A stretch of DNA of 63,681 bases, filler included, from Octopus bimaculoides (GCF_001194135.2; 5 parts of 4 records of this genome joined end to end with filler, not necessarily neighbours in it); one strand, 5' to 3'. Numbered from the whole stretch's first letter, positions 14,030 through 26,333 are shown. Numbers and translations are program-made. Notes: generated by a model from the letters alone, not told the origin.

Positions 14030-14235
14030 ACACTTTCAAAAGTCATTACAATCAATAACTTCATTCATTTAAACTAAAGAACAGAGAAAATTCTACATCA
14101 CTGTCCCATTATATTTGGAAATATCTGAATGTCTTCTGATGACATCGATATCAGAGAATTGTTGATATGGAAGCAGCAAGCAATAACCCTGAACCAGAGA
14201 TCAAAGATGTTATCAAACCTTGACATCATCAGAAA
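14030..14235 (+). mobile_element. Penelope-like element GIY-YIG-region relic
   Basis: TFKSHYNQ*LHSFKLKNRENSTSLSHYIWKYL then ..RCYQTLTSSEK resemble the PLE C-terminal motifs FKxRYxxHxxSF..STxLSxYIW..C..CLxEK. Confidence 0.6.
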
Positions 14236-15562
14236 AGGTTTCCCTTAGATAGTTTTTCAGACACATTTAAACCCTGGTTTGACCAACACAAATCAATAGC
14301 TATCAGATTTGACAAGATACACTGAGTTGTTGCTTCTGATGACAAGTTTAGGCTAGTTAGTATCCCTTACATCATAGCAATCTGAGAATTTTTCATCCTG
14401 CATTATTCTCAATATGGAGCATCTTTAAACAATAAGAATCAATCTAGCTTTTGCTCTCAAATATACCATTATCCATTATTATTATTCACTGAATTTTTTT
14501 CTGGATGGTCACACATATTGCTTCCATGTATGAAACTGAGTAACAAAATGGTGAATCAGCAACTGTTAAATATAAACTCGACATTATGTATAGAGTGCTT
14601 TTTCTTTTCGCTTGTACATATAAATGTAAATACACATACATACATGCATATATATATATAAATAAAACTATATACATAACATTGCCCAGATATTTGTATT
14701 CTTGCAACATATATCGTTTATCTCCATTTTAATAAACATTCACACAGATACAAGCATACATGCATATACACATATACACATACATACATACATATGCATA
14801 TAAGCACACACATTCATATGTATAAACGTACACATACATAAATAATACATGTACAAAGATACAGACATACACACATGCATGCCTACATTACACAAACCTA
14901 CATACACACATGCATTACACAAACCTATGCACACACATAAAAACGCACATCCAAACATGCATATTTATATTTGAAAGACTGCGAAAAATTTGAAAAATTC
15001 ATTGTAAAATATTTTTCTACTCAGAGTGCCAAGCTTGAAGTGAAGTTTAAATGTATTTTAGTGTGTGTGTGTGCGTGCACGTGAGCGTGTGCACACGTGT
15101 GTGTGCGCACGTATGCATATGTGTGTGCATGTGTACCCGTCTGTTTGCATGCATGTGTGTGTGTGTACATGTGTGTATGCATACTGGTTTGCTTGAAGGT
15201 GCATTTGAGACAAATTCAAGTATTTATATTGCACATGTGCAGAAGTACATGTATGTACATGCGTTTAATCTATTGAAATAAAGCATTTCTATATTACAAC
15301 GTGTATATTGTTTTGGTTTTTTTAAAATCTTTTTGCTGACTTTGATGCAGTCAGTGTTTGTCTAGAAGACAATGTCACATGACTGTTTCAGAAAGTGAGA
15401 AAGAAGACAACAAACTAATGTCTGCCATCAATGGAATTGCTACTGGAAGAAAATTTTAATTTGATACTTGGATGTATCGATATTTGGTAGTTAACATTTA
15501 CCCTATCAGTCATATATAAGTTGTTGGTTGTGGTGCATTTTCTGTGGAGAATATGAATCTGC

Positions 15563-15806
15563 AAAAATATTAGCAAAAATCGGCATTTTGAAATTACCCT
15601 TCCCCACTAATTTGTTCATTTTTTTACCTTTTTCATATTTAAAAAAAAATTTTTCTTTTAAATATGTAGTAAAATATGGAGATAATAATTCTGAAAAAAA
15701 TTTCCAAAAATTTTTGTAGTTAGGGTTAGGATTAGAGAAAAAGTCAAAAATGAAGAAATTAGGGGGTGGGGGGCGAAATTACAAAATGCCTACTTTTGGC
15801 AATTTT
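15563..15806. mobile_element. Foldback/MITE-like element with about 65-bp imperfect inverted arms
   Basis: AAAAATCGGCATTTTGAAATT..CTAATTTGTTCATTTTT versus AAAAATGAAGAAATTAG..AATTACAAAATGCCTACTTTT (reverse complement). Confidence 0.6.
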
Positions 15807-15886
15807 CCGGAATCTCCGTATCCGAAAACGGGTATCTTTGGCAAAGAAAGTTTTTTTTGGGGGGGGGGNNNNNNNNNNGTCTTTCC

Positions 15887-17439
15887 GGTACCATTCAAGA
15901 AGAGTGGTCCCAGTGCGTACACTCGCGCATCCGCGCTAGCTAGTCGTGAGTAGTCGATCCTACGACTACCTAGTGCGTGTCGCACATAAAATAAAATGGG
16001 TTTTTTCTTTAACAAAACAAAGTTAATATCTTTTTTACGCAAAGTAACAAATGGGGTTTTTTTTTTTTAAAGAAAATAGCAATAACTTTTGTAAATAACA
16101 CAAAAGCACAAAGTAAATAATTTTTTTTTAAACAAAGTAAATAAATTTTTTTTCTTAATACTTTTTAAAAAATAATTTAAATAATTAAAAGAAAAACAAA
16201 TTAAATAAAAATAACACACTTACCTCTTTTTGGTAACTTGACACCGAAGATTGCCGACGCGAAGATCAGCGGAAAATTCAACTTTCAAAACGCTATCCAA
16301 ATTCCACGTAGAATCTATAGACACGCAACAATGTCTTTTTATGAAAACTGCTGGAATGTGAACCATTCTGAAAGGTGCTTCACAACATTTTTAAAACATT
16401 CATTTCTCGTTTTACCATACTGTTCTCTCCAAAGAAATTCGTCGAGATACGATTCGACTATGTCCGTGTGTACTCCCATCATAGTCTTAAATCGTAGTCT
16501 TGCGTTCTTCCAATAACACTCAACCGAATTGGTATGAACACCTGTTGTTGGATCAACAAAATTTTCTGAATGGTTCACCTTGAAATGGGAAAATTTGGGG
16601 GTCACATCTATTTCAGTAATCCCATTATAGGCACTCAAACAGTCAGAATACACAGTAGTACTTGGTTTGATGAATTTCTTGATAAGGGGTAAAAGAGTTT
16701 CCGAAGAACGGTCAGGTACAAAGACTAGAAATCCTTTTTTATCCTCTCTATTCCATCCTCCAAAAACCCACCTCTCTTGTGGAATTCTACCTCTGTTGTA
16801 TTTTCGCTTGCACATCATAGATTCATCTATTTCAATGATGTACCCAAGTCCACCAATTTGGTAGGGGTTACGCAGGAGAGAATTGCTTGTAATGTCCCTC
16901 ATGTACTGGTACCATTGAACAACAGTAGAATTTGAGAGACCAGTCATCTCAGATGATGTATGAAGGGCTGTATTATGGCACCATAAATACGTAACAAGAA
17001 TAAAATCCTGTAATTGTAATTTAGAGTTTTCCATAAAAGAAGACTTCCTAATCAACTCTTTTGCAGTTTTATGTTTAGGGCAACGAAATAGCTTCCTTTC
17101 CTTATGTTTTATGAGTGTCATTTCTTTCTGGCAATACGAAAATCGGGTAGTGACACTATTCAGAACTTTCTTCTACTTCAGAAACGAATACGCCGCATCA
17201 AAATCTCCAATATATGGTAATATATCATTTTTGAAAAATGGTTAACACAACAAGTCTTAGCGAACTGCTTCCCACAAAGTTTTCCGTAGAAATGATTTTT
17301 TTTTTGATTTGCGCATGCGTGCCTGTGTTTCCAAAACTTTAAAAAAATCGAACACGTGCGCTTTCGAAACCTTAGAAAATCGAACACGTATGTAATTAGC
17401 GTACGTGTTCGATTTTTTTTAAGGTTTTGGAATAGTACC
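15887..17439 (-). mobile_element. Merlin-superfamily (IS1595/ISXO2-like) DNA transposon, complete ends
   Basis: TIR GGTACCATTC (15887) versus reverse-complement GGTACTATTC (17439). Flanking duplication GTCTTTCC at 15879-15886 and 17441-17448, probably 9 bp with the first base hidden in N. Internal DDE transposase. Confidence 0.92.
16339..17121 (-). CDS. Merlin/IS1595-type DDE transposase (260-aa open segment; in-frame TAG upstream at 17173-17175)
   Basis: Motifs IEIDES..KRKYNRGR..WVFGG, VPDRSSETLLPLI, TVYSDCLSAY, VNHSENFVDP.TGVHTNSVE, YLDEFLWR are typical of DDE_Tnp_IS1595 family proteins. Confidence 0.93.
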   Translation of the reverse strand: MTLIKHKERKLFRCPKHKTAKELIRKSSFMENSKLQLQDFILVTYLWCHNTALHTSSEMTGLSNSTVVQWYQYMRDITSNSLLRNPYQIGGLGYIIEIDESMMCKRKYNRGRIPQERWVFGGWNREDKKGFLVFVPDRSSETLLPLIKKFIKPSTTVYSDCLSAYNGITEIDVTPKFSHFKVNHSENFVDPTTGVHTNSVECYWKNARLRFKTMMGVHTDIVESYLDEFLWREQYGKTRNECFKNVVKHLSEWFTFQQFS

Positions 17440-17448
17440 AGTCTTTCC

Positions 17449-17548
17449 ACTGGTACTTAATTTGTCGACTCTGAAAGGATGAATGGCAAAGTCGACCACG
17501 GCGGAATTTGAACTCAGAACGTAAATACAGACATTTCTGCCAGCTCGC
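17449..17548 (-). mobile_element. SINE family D fragment interrupted by the Merlin element
   Basis: Reverse complement matches the 43248 copy: GCGAGCTGGCAGAA..CGTTCTGAGTTCAAATTCCGCC..GTCGACTTTGCC.TTCATCCTTTC..AAGTACCAGT. Confidence 0.85.
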
Positions 17549-18089
17549 TATCTTTTATCTTAGTTTTATTAACTATCTGCCCGGGAATACCACGTGTGTG
17601 TGTGTGTGTGCTGAAATTAAACACAAACATAAATAATATATGCATGTCCGTGAACATTGATAGTCATTAAATAATGTATATGTACGTAATTTATACGATT
17701 TGTATATGCAATATTATTTAGTTAGTCCTATCAGGAATAGAGTCATTTAAAGTTGTGAAATATCTGACACATTTAATTTCATTATTAATCACATTCTGAA
17801 TAATATCTTCCATTATATATACGAGTTTTCCCCAGATTCCAGCTGACAAATATGAAATCAGGCATATCCCTTTGTTGGCAAGCATCCCTCAACTAAGAAT
17901 ATTTTCATATTCTGAAAGTAATTCCATATTTCCAAGACATATACCTTTTATAAGTGATTGAATAATTCGATGAGATCCCTGTAATGCAAAACCTTTCTCT
18001 CGACAATAAAACGAATACAACATACTGCACGCTTCAACACATTTCATTACTAACTACATTCATTTACCATTTGTTTTGTCAGAACATTG

Positions 18090-18340
18090 TCAACCAATCC
18101 TTATATTGTCCTACTCTCTTCTTAATACTAATGGAAATATTGAATTCTGACCAAAACTGCCCATTTTCGTATAAAGAAATCTTTCTTCCAGCTTTTCATC
18201 AATTGTTATAAAAAGCCATCAACAAAAGGATTTATCCCCTCCCCTTGACATTGCTCATGAAACAACTTACATAACAAAGTAACTTACATGCCAGGCCAAA
18301 ATACACATTTCATAATGGGTACATACATGACCACCCTAAT
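18090..18340 (-). mobile_element. Possible highly decayed Gypsy-type integrase relic
   Basis: Across frames: GGH..FWPGM*..HEQCQ and ENGQFWSEF, resembling HHCC and DNGxQFxS motifs; spacing abnormal. Confidence 0.3.
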
Positions 18341-18904
18341 AGATTCCACTAAATATTCCTGTATGCAATATCGACCATAAATATCTCCAGTTTCCACTGT
18401 GTTTTAGGGTGTTTAAGTTTGCATTTAGGTTTGACCAGTTTATATTCTTCTTTCTTTATTCTTCATTCACCAATTTGACAATGAACAAACGTTTTTAGAC
18501 CATCGCAAAGTACGTATGTTTTTGAAAAAGAGCTACGTGCGCAGCAGACTTATTCTCTCGTTCTCACATAATATGGTCCTTGACGAAATAAAATCAAAAT
18601 GACCAAACTTGTAAGAGAATGCAGATTACCAAAGTGGTTGGAAGGATCTCCAGACCTCGAAATACCAATGTAACTTTGCGTGTGTATCCAGACTATAAAC
18701 CATCATACCAGTTACTTGCCCTTATATTGGGGTCTCTAACTCAACGCGATGTTTTGTCGCAATCTGTACCAGTTAATGCCAATGGCCTGTTGCTACCAAC
18801 TTTGAAGCTGAGGAGATGATGGTTACTTATTTCTTCCATTTGAATAAAATGCTAACCACTAACTATGCACATACAATATTTAAAAAGCACATGGACAAGA
18901 TATT

Positions 18905-19573
18905 GAATGGCTCTCAACCACTTTTTACACACAGGACCTTTTAATTACTATTAAAAGTGGTCGTAGGATCGCGGTTTCGATTCCCAGACCGGGCGTTGTG
19001 AGTGTTTATTGAGCGAAAACACCTAAAGCTCCACGAGGTTCCGGCAGGGGATGGTGCGAACCCTGCTGTACTCTTTCACCACAACTTTCTCTTACTCTTA
19101 CTTCCTGTTTCTGTTGTGCTTGTAATTCAAAGGGTCGGCCTTGTCACACTGTGTGACGCTGAATATCCCCGGGAACTACGTTAAGGGTCACGAGCAGGCT
19201 GTTTCGTTGATCGGATCAACTGGAACCCTCGACGTCGTAAGCGACGGAGTGCCAACAACAACATTCGATGTTTAAAAACTAGTTTTGTAGGTACATCCTT
19301 CAAAATTTCTATTTTGTTTTGTCAATCATTCACTTGTGTACGTTAGCAATATCACTCTCTGAAAGAACATGTTTCGGTAGCCAGAAACATTTAAAACTAC
19401 GTAAAATGTTAGAGAAAGAAATTTAAATGCTTCTTGCAATAAATTTGTCTAAAAATTTTTTTTTCATGGACCTTTAAAATACTACTGAGGATTTCCAATG
19501 TACACTTTTATTTGCGTGGCCCCTCCACCCCATAGTATCATACGGTCATATGGACCCCGGCTGAGAACCACTG
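18905..19573. mobile_element. Non-autonomous hAT-like element with a nested SINE
   Basis: Termini GAATGGCTCTCAACC and reverse-complement CAGTGGTTCTCAGCC resemble CAGTGGTTCTCAACC hAT TIRs; TSD not preserved. Confidence 0.6.
18960..19263 (+). mobile_element. SINE family C (tRNA-derived, (CAA)n tail), 5' truncated
   Basis: B-box GTTTCGATTCC; highly similar to the reverse complement of 25258-25557. Confidence 0.92.
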
Positions 19574-20123
19574 ATTTAGCCAATGACGTGTTTTTCATTC
19601 TGTGGGGTGCTTGAAATTACCCTCCTCACTTCGCAATTTTAGTGGGATTATCAGTTTAGTCGGGAACACCTTTGCCGAGGATGTTTATTACCAGTAGCAT
19701 ATTATACGTGCATGCATGCGCATGTGTATATATGTAGAAATGAATATATGTGCACACACATATATATCATGAAAAACATATAGATCATAATTTAATTACT
19801 TCCAACAGCTGTTTCATTAGAAATAAGCACAATTCCATTAATACATAATTAAGATACATAATTAATTTAAAATAAATTGATTTAAAGCAATGTCTATACC
19901 AAATCATTAAGAGTATTTCGCACTATGCTATATTCTAAATACACATTGCTCTTGAGGATCGTTTTAGTTGATCATGTATGTGCATGCAAGCTTTTTCCGT
20001 CCGGATTTACTGCAATGCTGTATGTTAGAGTTTAATTATCTATTATTAATTGAGCTCTTAATTACTGAGGATATATATTTAATGTTTAAACATCATCTGT
20101 TTTAGGTAAGTGGGTAGGTATTT

Positions 20124-20213
<90 letters not shown>

Positions 20214-20215
20214 TA

Positions 20216-20891
20216 TGTAACGGTATCGTTATTGGAGACGGAAGGGTCACCAATTGTAACGGTTATTGATTGAACGATGAAGATGATCAACATTTTTATA
20301 GAAATATTTATTTACCGTTACTTTATATGTTGCCATACCACGACGGGTAGGCCAGTGTAATAGTATAACAGTTTGTATGTAAAGCATACAAGGTAAAGAA
20401 TTTCGGCCTGTATCTGTATGTACACTTTCTCATAGTAGTATTTAGATATAGAGGGAGATGGTAGTGTTATAGAGAAAAGGAAATGCTAGTGATAGTTATA
20501 GCGTGTGCGACGTTGTCTCACAGTGGCTGACAGTAACTTCATTTTTTTTCCTCTGGCCAAGGTTGTAGTTGGTCAGCCAGACTTCGTTCTCCTTGAGTCG
20601 TCACCGATTGGTGACTAAAAAGGAACTTTGCTTGTGGTCTCCTGTTTTTATAGCTATCAAGAAGGATAGTGAGAACAAAGGATTCTATTCTAGATTTGAT
20701 GGAGTAGAGGAGGTCAGAAAAGGGTCAAGTGGTGGAGACACCGCTTCGGCCTAACTAAAGGCGTCTGGGACATATCTAACTGCTCTCAAATCAAAACCGT
20801 TGTTCCACCGCGGGAAAAGTTCTGACGCAGTGTTAATTCAAATTTGTGGCATAGTGGATAGAATCCACTTCACGCCTGCAAGATTCCTACA
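20216..20891 (-). mobile_element. Solo LTR inserted in a (TA)n microsatellite
   Basis: TGTA...TACA termini, with (TA)n abutting both sides. Minus-strand TATAAAAA (20645-20652) followed by AATAAA (20307-20312), consistent with U3-R-U5 order. Confidence 0.75.
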
Positions 20892-21078
20892 TATATATAT
20901 ATATATATATATATTCAGTGTACATTTAGTCATTAGATTTTACTTGTACTTTTGCGAAGTTTTCCAAAAATGAAGACTTCTGAAAACATTCACTTATTGG
21001 TAATTTTTACATAAAATCACGTGATTTAAATCCCATCTCTACAATATATACAATGTAGTGTGTGTGTGTGTGTACATA

Positions 21079-21295
21079 CGAGAGAGTGCTGAAAAGTTCC
21101 TGGCTTTTAGGGTGTCGCAAAGGGCCTAGTTTAAAGCCCATCCTTCCGAGTTCTTTTACAGGGCTTAGAAAAACCGAAGGACCGCTGCAATAAGTGTGTG
21201 AATCTGAGAGAGGAATATGTTCAATAAAATCATGATTAACTGATCCTCCTGTGTTTTCTTTTACCCAAAGCCAGGAACTTTGCAGCACACCCCTG
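21079..21295 (+). mobile_element. Mariner deletion derivative (MITE)
   Basis: TIRs GTGCTGAAAAGTTCCTGGCTTT and AAAGCCAGGAACTTTGCAGCAC; 5' TA; internal remnant of a transposase C-terminus (..DRCNKCVNLREEYVQ*). Confidence 0.88.
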
Positions 21296-21675
21296 TGTGT
21301 GTGTGCGCGCGCTAGCGCATGTGTCTATACAAACACACATACACGCGCGTGCACACACACACACACACAACAGAATCGAACAGTGTGAATGAGAGCTCAA
21401 CACCGTGTCTGATAGATAATTATTCTTTATCTGTGAATTAACTATGTTACCAATGGTTTCATGTGAAAAGAATTTCCGCTATTTCTATTTTCAAGCGATA
21501 CACTTAAAATTGTTAATAATTGCTTCAATGTTGGATGAGAATATCATGAATTAACAGAGACTATGCAGAACTTCAAAATTGTCATGTGTCATGTGTTGAA
21601 CTTGGTTATTGTATCGTAGATCAATTAAAGGGTTACCTTCGAAATTCCGATACAACAACCGAGTTCAACACAAGA

Positions 21676-21718
21676 CACCTGAAGAAGGCTGGAGCATACA
21701 ACAACCGAAACATAGTGA
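21676..21718 (+). ncRNA. Degenerate minimal type I hammerhead motif (Penelope-type)
   Basis: CAC-CTGAAGA-AGGCTG..CAACC-GAAAC(A)TA-GTG: core and 3-bp stem I present, stem II/III mismatched. Confidence 0.5.
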
Positions 21719-22603
21719 AAAGCAAGAATTAAGATGAGGACACCAGTTCTTGGCTAAGGTCCTGGCCTCATCGTTGATTAAATATGTTCTAGGGTTTTTT
21801 TGTTTTTTTTTATGTTTTAGTTATGTTATCGATCAACAATTTATTAGGTGTGTGGTTATCTACCACATAAATTTTTTATGCTTTATCAGCTTTTATAATT
21901 GGTGAGTTCCTAGAAGGTTCAAGATATGCACGCAATTTATGTTGGAAGCTATTGGATATATGGCTGAATTTAGCATTTTAAACTAATTTTATGAGGTCAT
22001 CTTCAAATCTATCTAGATCTTTATTATGTGATTAATTTGAAAGGCTTATAGCTTTCGGAAATATTTCCAATTGGTGGAAGATAGAGAAAGAATGGGTGGA
22101 AAGAAAAAGTGAGAGTTGGGGAGTAAAAAAAAAAATGGAGGTTGGATAGAAGGGGAGAGAGAAAAAGAGAAGACAAGAGGGAAAGGAAGTTAGAAAGTGA
22201 AAGTAAGAGAGAATGTTGGAGGGGAAGAGAGATGGAAAGAGAGGGTTTGAAGTGAAAGGAAGAGAGGAGATGTAAAGAAAGGAGACATTGGAGAGAGAGA
22301 GAAAGAAGGACTTGAAGACTAGGAGAGGGCGAATAGAAAAGAAGAGAGATAGAGTGTGTATGTGTTCGCATCATATGAGAATGTATTTTCATGTAATGAA
22401 TGTATCTGCTTGTATTATGTTCAATTCTCAAATCTCGATTTAATATGACTCTTCAAGAATCTTTAGAATCCTTTAATAATGAATGCCATTTCTAAACTGT
22501 CTTTGTGTTTCATGCAAGAATAAATTCATAATGAAATCAATTTTATAATTTTAGATGCATTTTATTATTACTGTTGTTGTTTCTGTTATTATTTACACAC
22601 ATT

Positions 22604-22850
<247 letters not shown>

Positions 22851-23224
22851 TTGTTGTTTTTAAATCTAGTTTAATTTTTTGGGTTGTTGAGAAATATATC
22901 GAGGACAAGTTATAATTGAATATCAAATTCCTGGAGGATATTAATGCAATGAAGATGATTTGTAATTTCAGAATGAAGTAGAGTCAGCTGTTAAAGTAAA
23001 CGATTGACTAACACCCGAACACCCCAACATACCCTACGACCATTATCACTAAATTGTTTATATTCAATTTTTTTTAGCAATTTTTAATTTATCAAGATTT
23101 CGGAGTTTTCTCCCTGAACTTTCCCGAATTGATCATGAAGCTAATGATTTACGGACATGATTTTAATTAAGCTTCTTGGGTCATTACATTATGTTTGCAC
23201 TGAACTTACAATTTGGTTTTCTAT

Positions 23225-23595
23225 ATTCTTTTACTTGTTTCAGTCATTTGACTGCGGCCATGCTGGAGCACTGCCTTTAGTCGAATCAAATCGACCCTAG
23301 GACTTATTCTATCGGTCACTTTTGCCGAACCGCTAAGTTACGGGGACCTAAACACACCAGCATCGGTTGTCAAGCGATGTTGGGGGCACAAACACAGACA
23401 CACAAACATATACACACACATATATATATATATACGACGGGCTTTTTTCAGTTTCCGTCTACCAAATCCACTCACAAAGCTTTGGTCGGCCCGAGGCTAT
23501 AGTAGAAGACACTTGCCCAAGGTGCCACGCAGTGGGACTGAACCTGGAACCATGTGGCTGGTAAGCAAGCTACTTACCACACAGCTACTCCTGCG
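23225..23595 (-). mobile_element. SINE family A, full length, CpG-intact
   Basis: Reverse complement: GCAGGAGTAGCTGTGTGGTAAGTAGC (A-box-like)..GGTTCAGTCCC (B-box-like)..tail GTAAAAGA. Confidence 0.93.
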
Positions 23596-23886
23596 GAGTA
23601 TTTTACCTAGTCTAGGCCTTATTTTANNNNNNNNNNNNNNNNNNNNNNNNNNNNNNNNNNNNNNNNNNNNTTAATTAATTAANNNNNNNNNNNNNNNNNN
23701 NNNNNNNNNNNNNNNNNNNNNNNNNNATATATATATACATACATACATATATATATACATACATACATATATATATATACATACATATATATATACATAC
23801 ATACATATATATATACATACATACATATATACATATATACATACATACATATATATATATACATACATATATACATACATACATAT

Positions 23887-23919
<33 letters not shown>

Positions 23920-23979
23920 TATATATAGAAAGTTGTACGTCATATGACCTCCGTTTCTGATGTTACCTTTGTTGAACAT

Positions 23980-24157
23980 CACCACCACAGCACCTCCACC
24001 ACCACTATCACCCGTAACTATCTCGACCCACAGCCACCACCACCACCACCATCATCACCACCACCTCCACAACCATTACCGTCACTATCACTACCGCAAG
24101 TCCTACCACAACCACCACCACCACCACCATCACAACCGACAGCACCACTACCACCAA
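23980..24157 (+). repeat. (CCA/CAC)n degenerate trinucleotide tract
   Basis: Directly visible; followed by a poly(A) tract at about 24256-24333. Confidence 0.9.
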
Positions 24158-24276
24158 TGTATGTATTTAAAAATATACACCCTCTTCATTTAATCTATCC
24201 ACATCCAGCCACCTCAATATACAACAGAATTATACACCCGCGACATCCAAACGTCAAAAAAAAAAAAAAGCAGCAA

Positions 24277-24335
<59 letters not shown>

Positions 24336-24949
24336 GAAGTGCCTCGAATTCACCTCGGTATGTTTGCTTACTTGATCGTATCGTATGTAACTTTAACTCG
24401 TGCGTGTTCTTTTTCTTTTGTATCTTAGAAGAACACAACGAAGCCTGGTCAAACGAATTTCAATTTCCGAATAATTATTTAAAAATAAAACCCATATTAA
24501 ATATTAAAAAAAAAAACAAAAAAATAGCTATTAATATTAATAGCTTACCATTAATATTCCACTAAGCAGCCAGCCATCAAAATATTAAATTTTATTATTT
24601 TTCCCTTCCATATTTACTCGGTCCAGTGGTTGTTTTTCACGCAGGTTTTAGTATCTTAGAATAACACACAGAAGCTACGAGAATTAAAAATCGGGTATCC
24701 ACGATGTCAGCTATCAACATCATACGCCATCTTGTTTTTTTTTCTTTTTGCTCCTTTTTAAACAATAATACTTTCTTCTCTCTTCCCATCTTCGTTTTAT
24801 TTTTCCATTCAACCAGTAATTATTCGTTCATTCAGTCTTTCTTTTCCTGTCGCAGGGCAAATGTACGAAGCGTTGAGCTTGACTCTCAGTTCCCCCTTTT
24901 ATCTGTAAAACGTATAACTACAGGCTTTTTTAACCTTGTGTTTATTCAC

Positions 24950-25125
24950 CCGTTTCCTGTCATTTGACTGCGACCACGCTGGACCACCGCTTTTAAGAGT
25001 TTTAGTCGAACAAATCGATCGCAGGGTTTATATTGTTTTACGTCTGGTACAAATTTCGTATGTTTTTTTTTGCCAAACCGCTACGTTACGTGGACGAAAA
25101 CAAACCAGTACCGGTTATTAGGTAG
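24950..25125 (-). mobile_element. SINE family A 3' half, diverged
   Basis: GTCATTTGACTGCGACCACGCTGGA..TTAGTCGAACAAATCGA matches other copies. Confidence 0.75.
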
Positions 25126-25257
25126 TATGTGTGTAGACAAACCCAAACGCAAAGGTAAGGAATCATATATGTATATATCTTCAGGTATTACACACATACA
25201 CACCCATCCCCCCCACACATACATACATACATTTATACGAACATACATACATACATT

Positions 25258-25557
25258 GTGGCATTCCGTCGCTTACGACGACGAGTATTCCAGCTAATCC
25301 GATCAACGGAACAGCCTGCTCGTGAAATTAACGTAGTTCTCGGGGGGAGATTCAGCGTGACACAGAGTGTGACAAAGCTGGCCCTTTGAAATACAGGCAT
25401 AACAGAAACAGGAAGTAAGAGTGAGAGAAAGTTGTGGTGAAAGAGTACAGCAGGGTTCACCACCATCCCCTGCCGGAGCCTCGTGGAGCTTTAGGTGTTT
25501 TCGCTCAATAAACACTCACAACGCCCGGTAAATGAATCGAAACCGCGATCCTATGAC
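25258..25557 (-). mobile_element. SINE family C, 5' truncated
   Basis: Reverse complement is near-identical to 18960-19263. Confidence 0.92.
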
Positions 25558-25779
25558 ATACATACATTCATACATCATAGATATATATGCATATATATAC
25601 TAACATACAAGCATACATTCATGCATAATTATACATACATATGTACATACGTACATTCATACATCCACACGTATATACACGCAGTCCAAGGTGCATTGTG
25701 TGTGCATAAAAGAAAGGATGGTCATAAGTGGAACGTCTTTGACCAGGCATTTGCCCTTACTCGGAAAGACGTACGGGTT

Positions 25780-26142
25780 AATCAACAAAAGCTAAACAAC
25801 AACAGCAGCAGCAGCAACAGCAAAAACAGTACAAAAGAACCACAAAGAAGTTGCAAACCTCATCATCGACAACAACAAAAACCAATAATCAACAACAATA
25901 AACAACAGCAGCAGCAACAACAACAAAGAGATAATGCAACTGCAACCAACACAAGCATCAAAGAATAGCAACAGCAACAACAACAACAACAGCAACAGCA
26001 ACTTATAAGCAACAACAATATTTGTTCGTCGCAGTGGCAGCCGTAGGAGGGAGAACAAGAGCGGCGGCAACAGCAGCATCTATAACGCAAGCGACAATGG
26101 CGACAACAAGGTCGACGGTGATGATGATTATGACAGTATAAC

Positions 26143-26174
<32 letters not shown>

Positions 26175-26333
26175 CAACAGCAGCAGCAGCAGCAGCAGCA
26201 ACAAACAACGACAACAGAAAAATAAACACGAACGGTAACATCAACAATCATCAAAGACGGCGCTGAATAAACAACCACCACCACCAACAACAACAACAAC
26301 AACAACAACAATAACAACAATGTAGGTGACAAC

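Noticed and set aside
15719-15730. TTAGGGTTAGG telomere-like motif
   Set aside because: Fewer than two units, internal to a foldback repeat.
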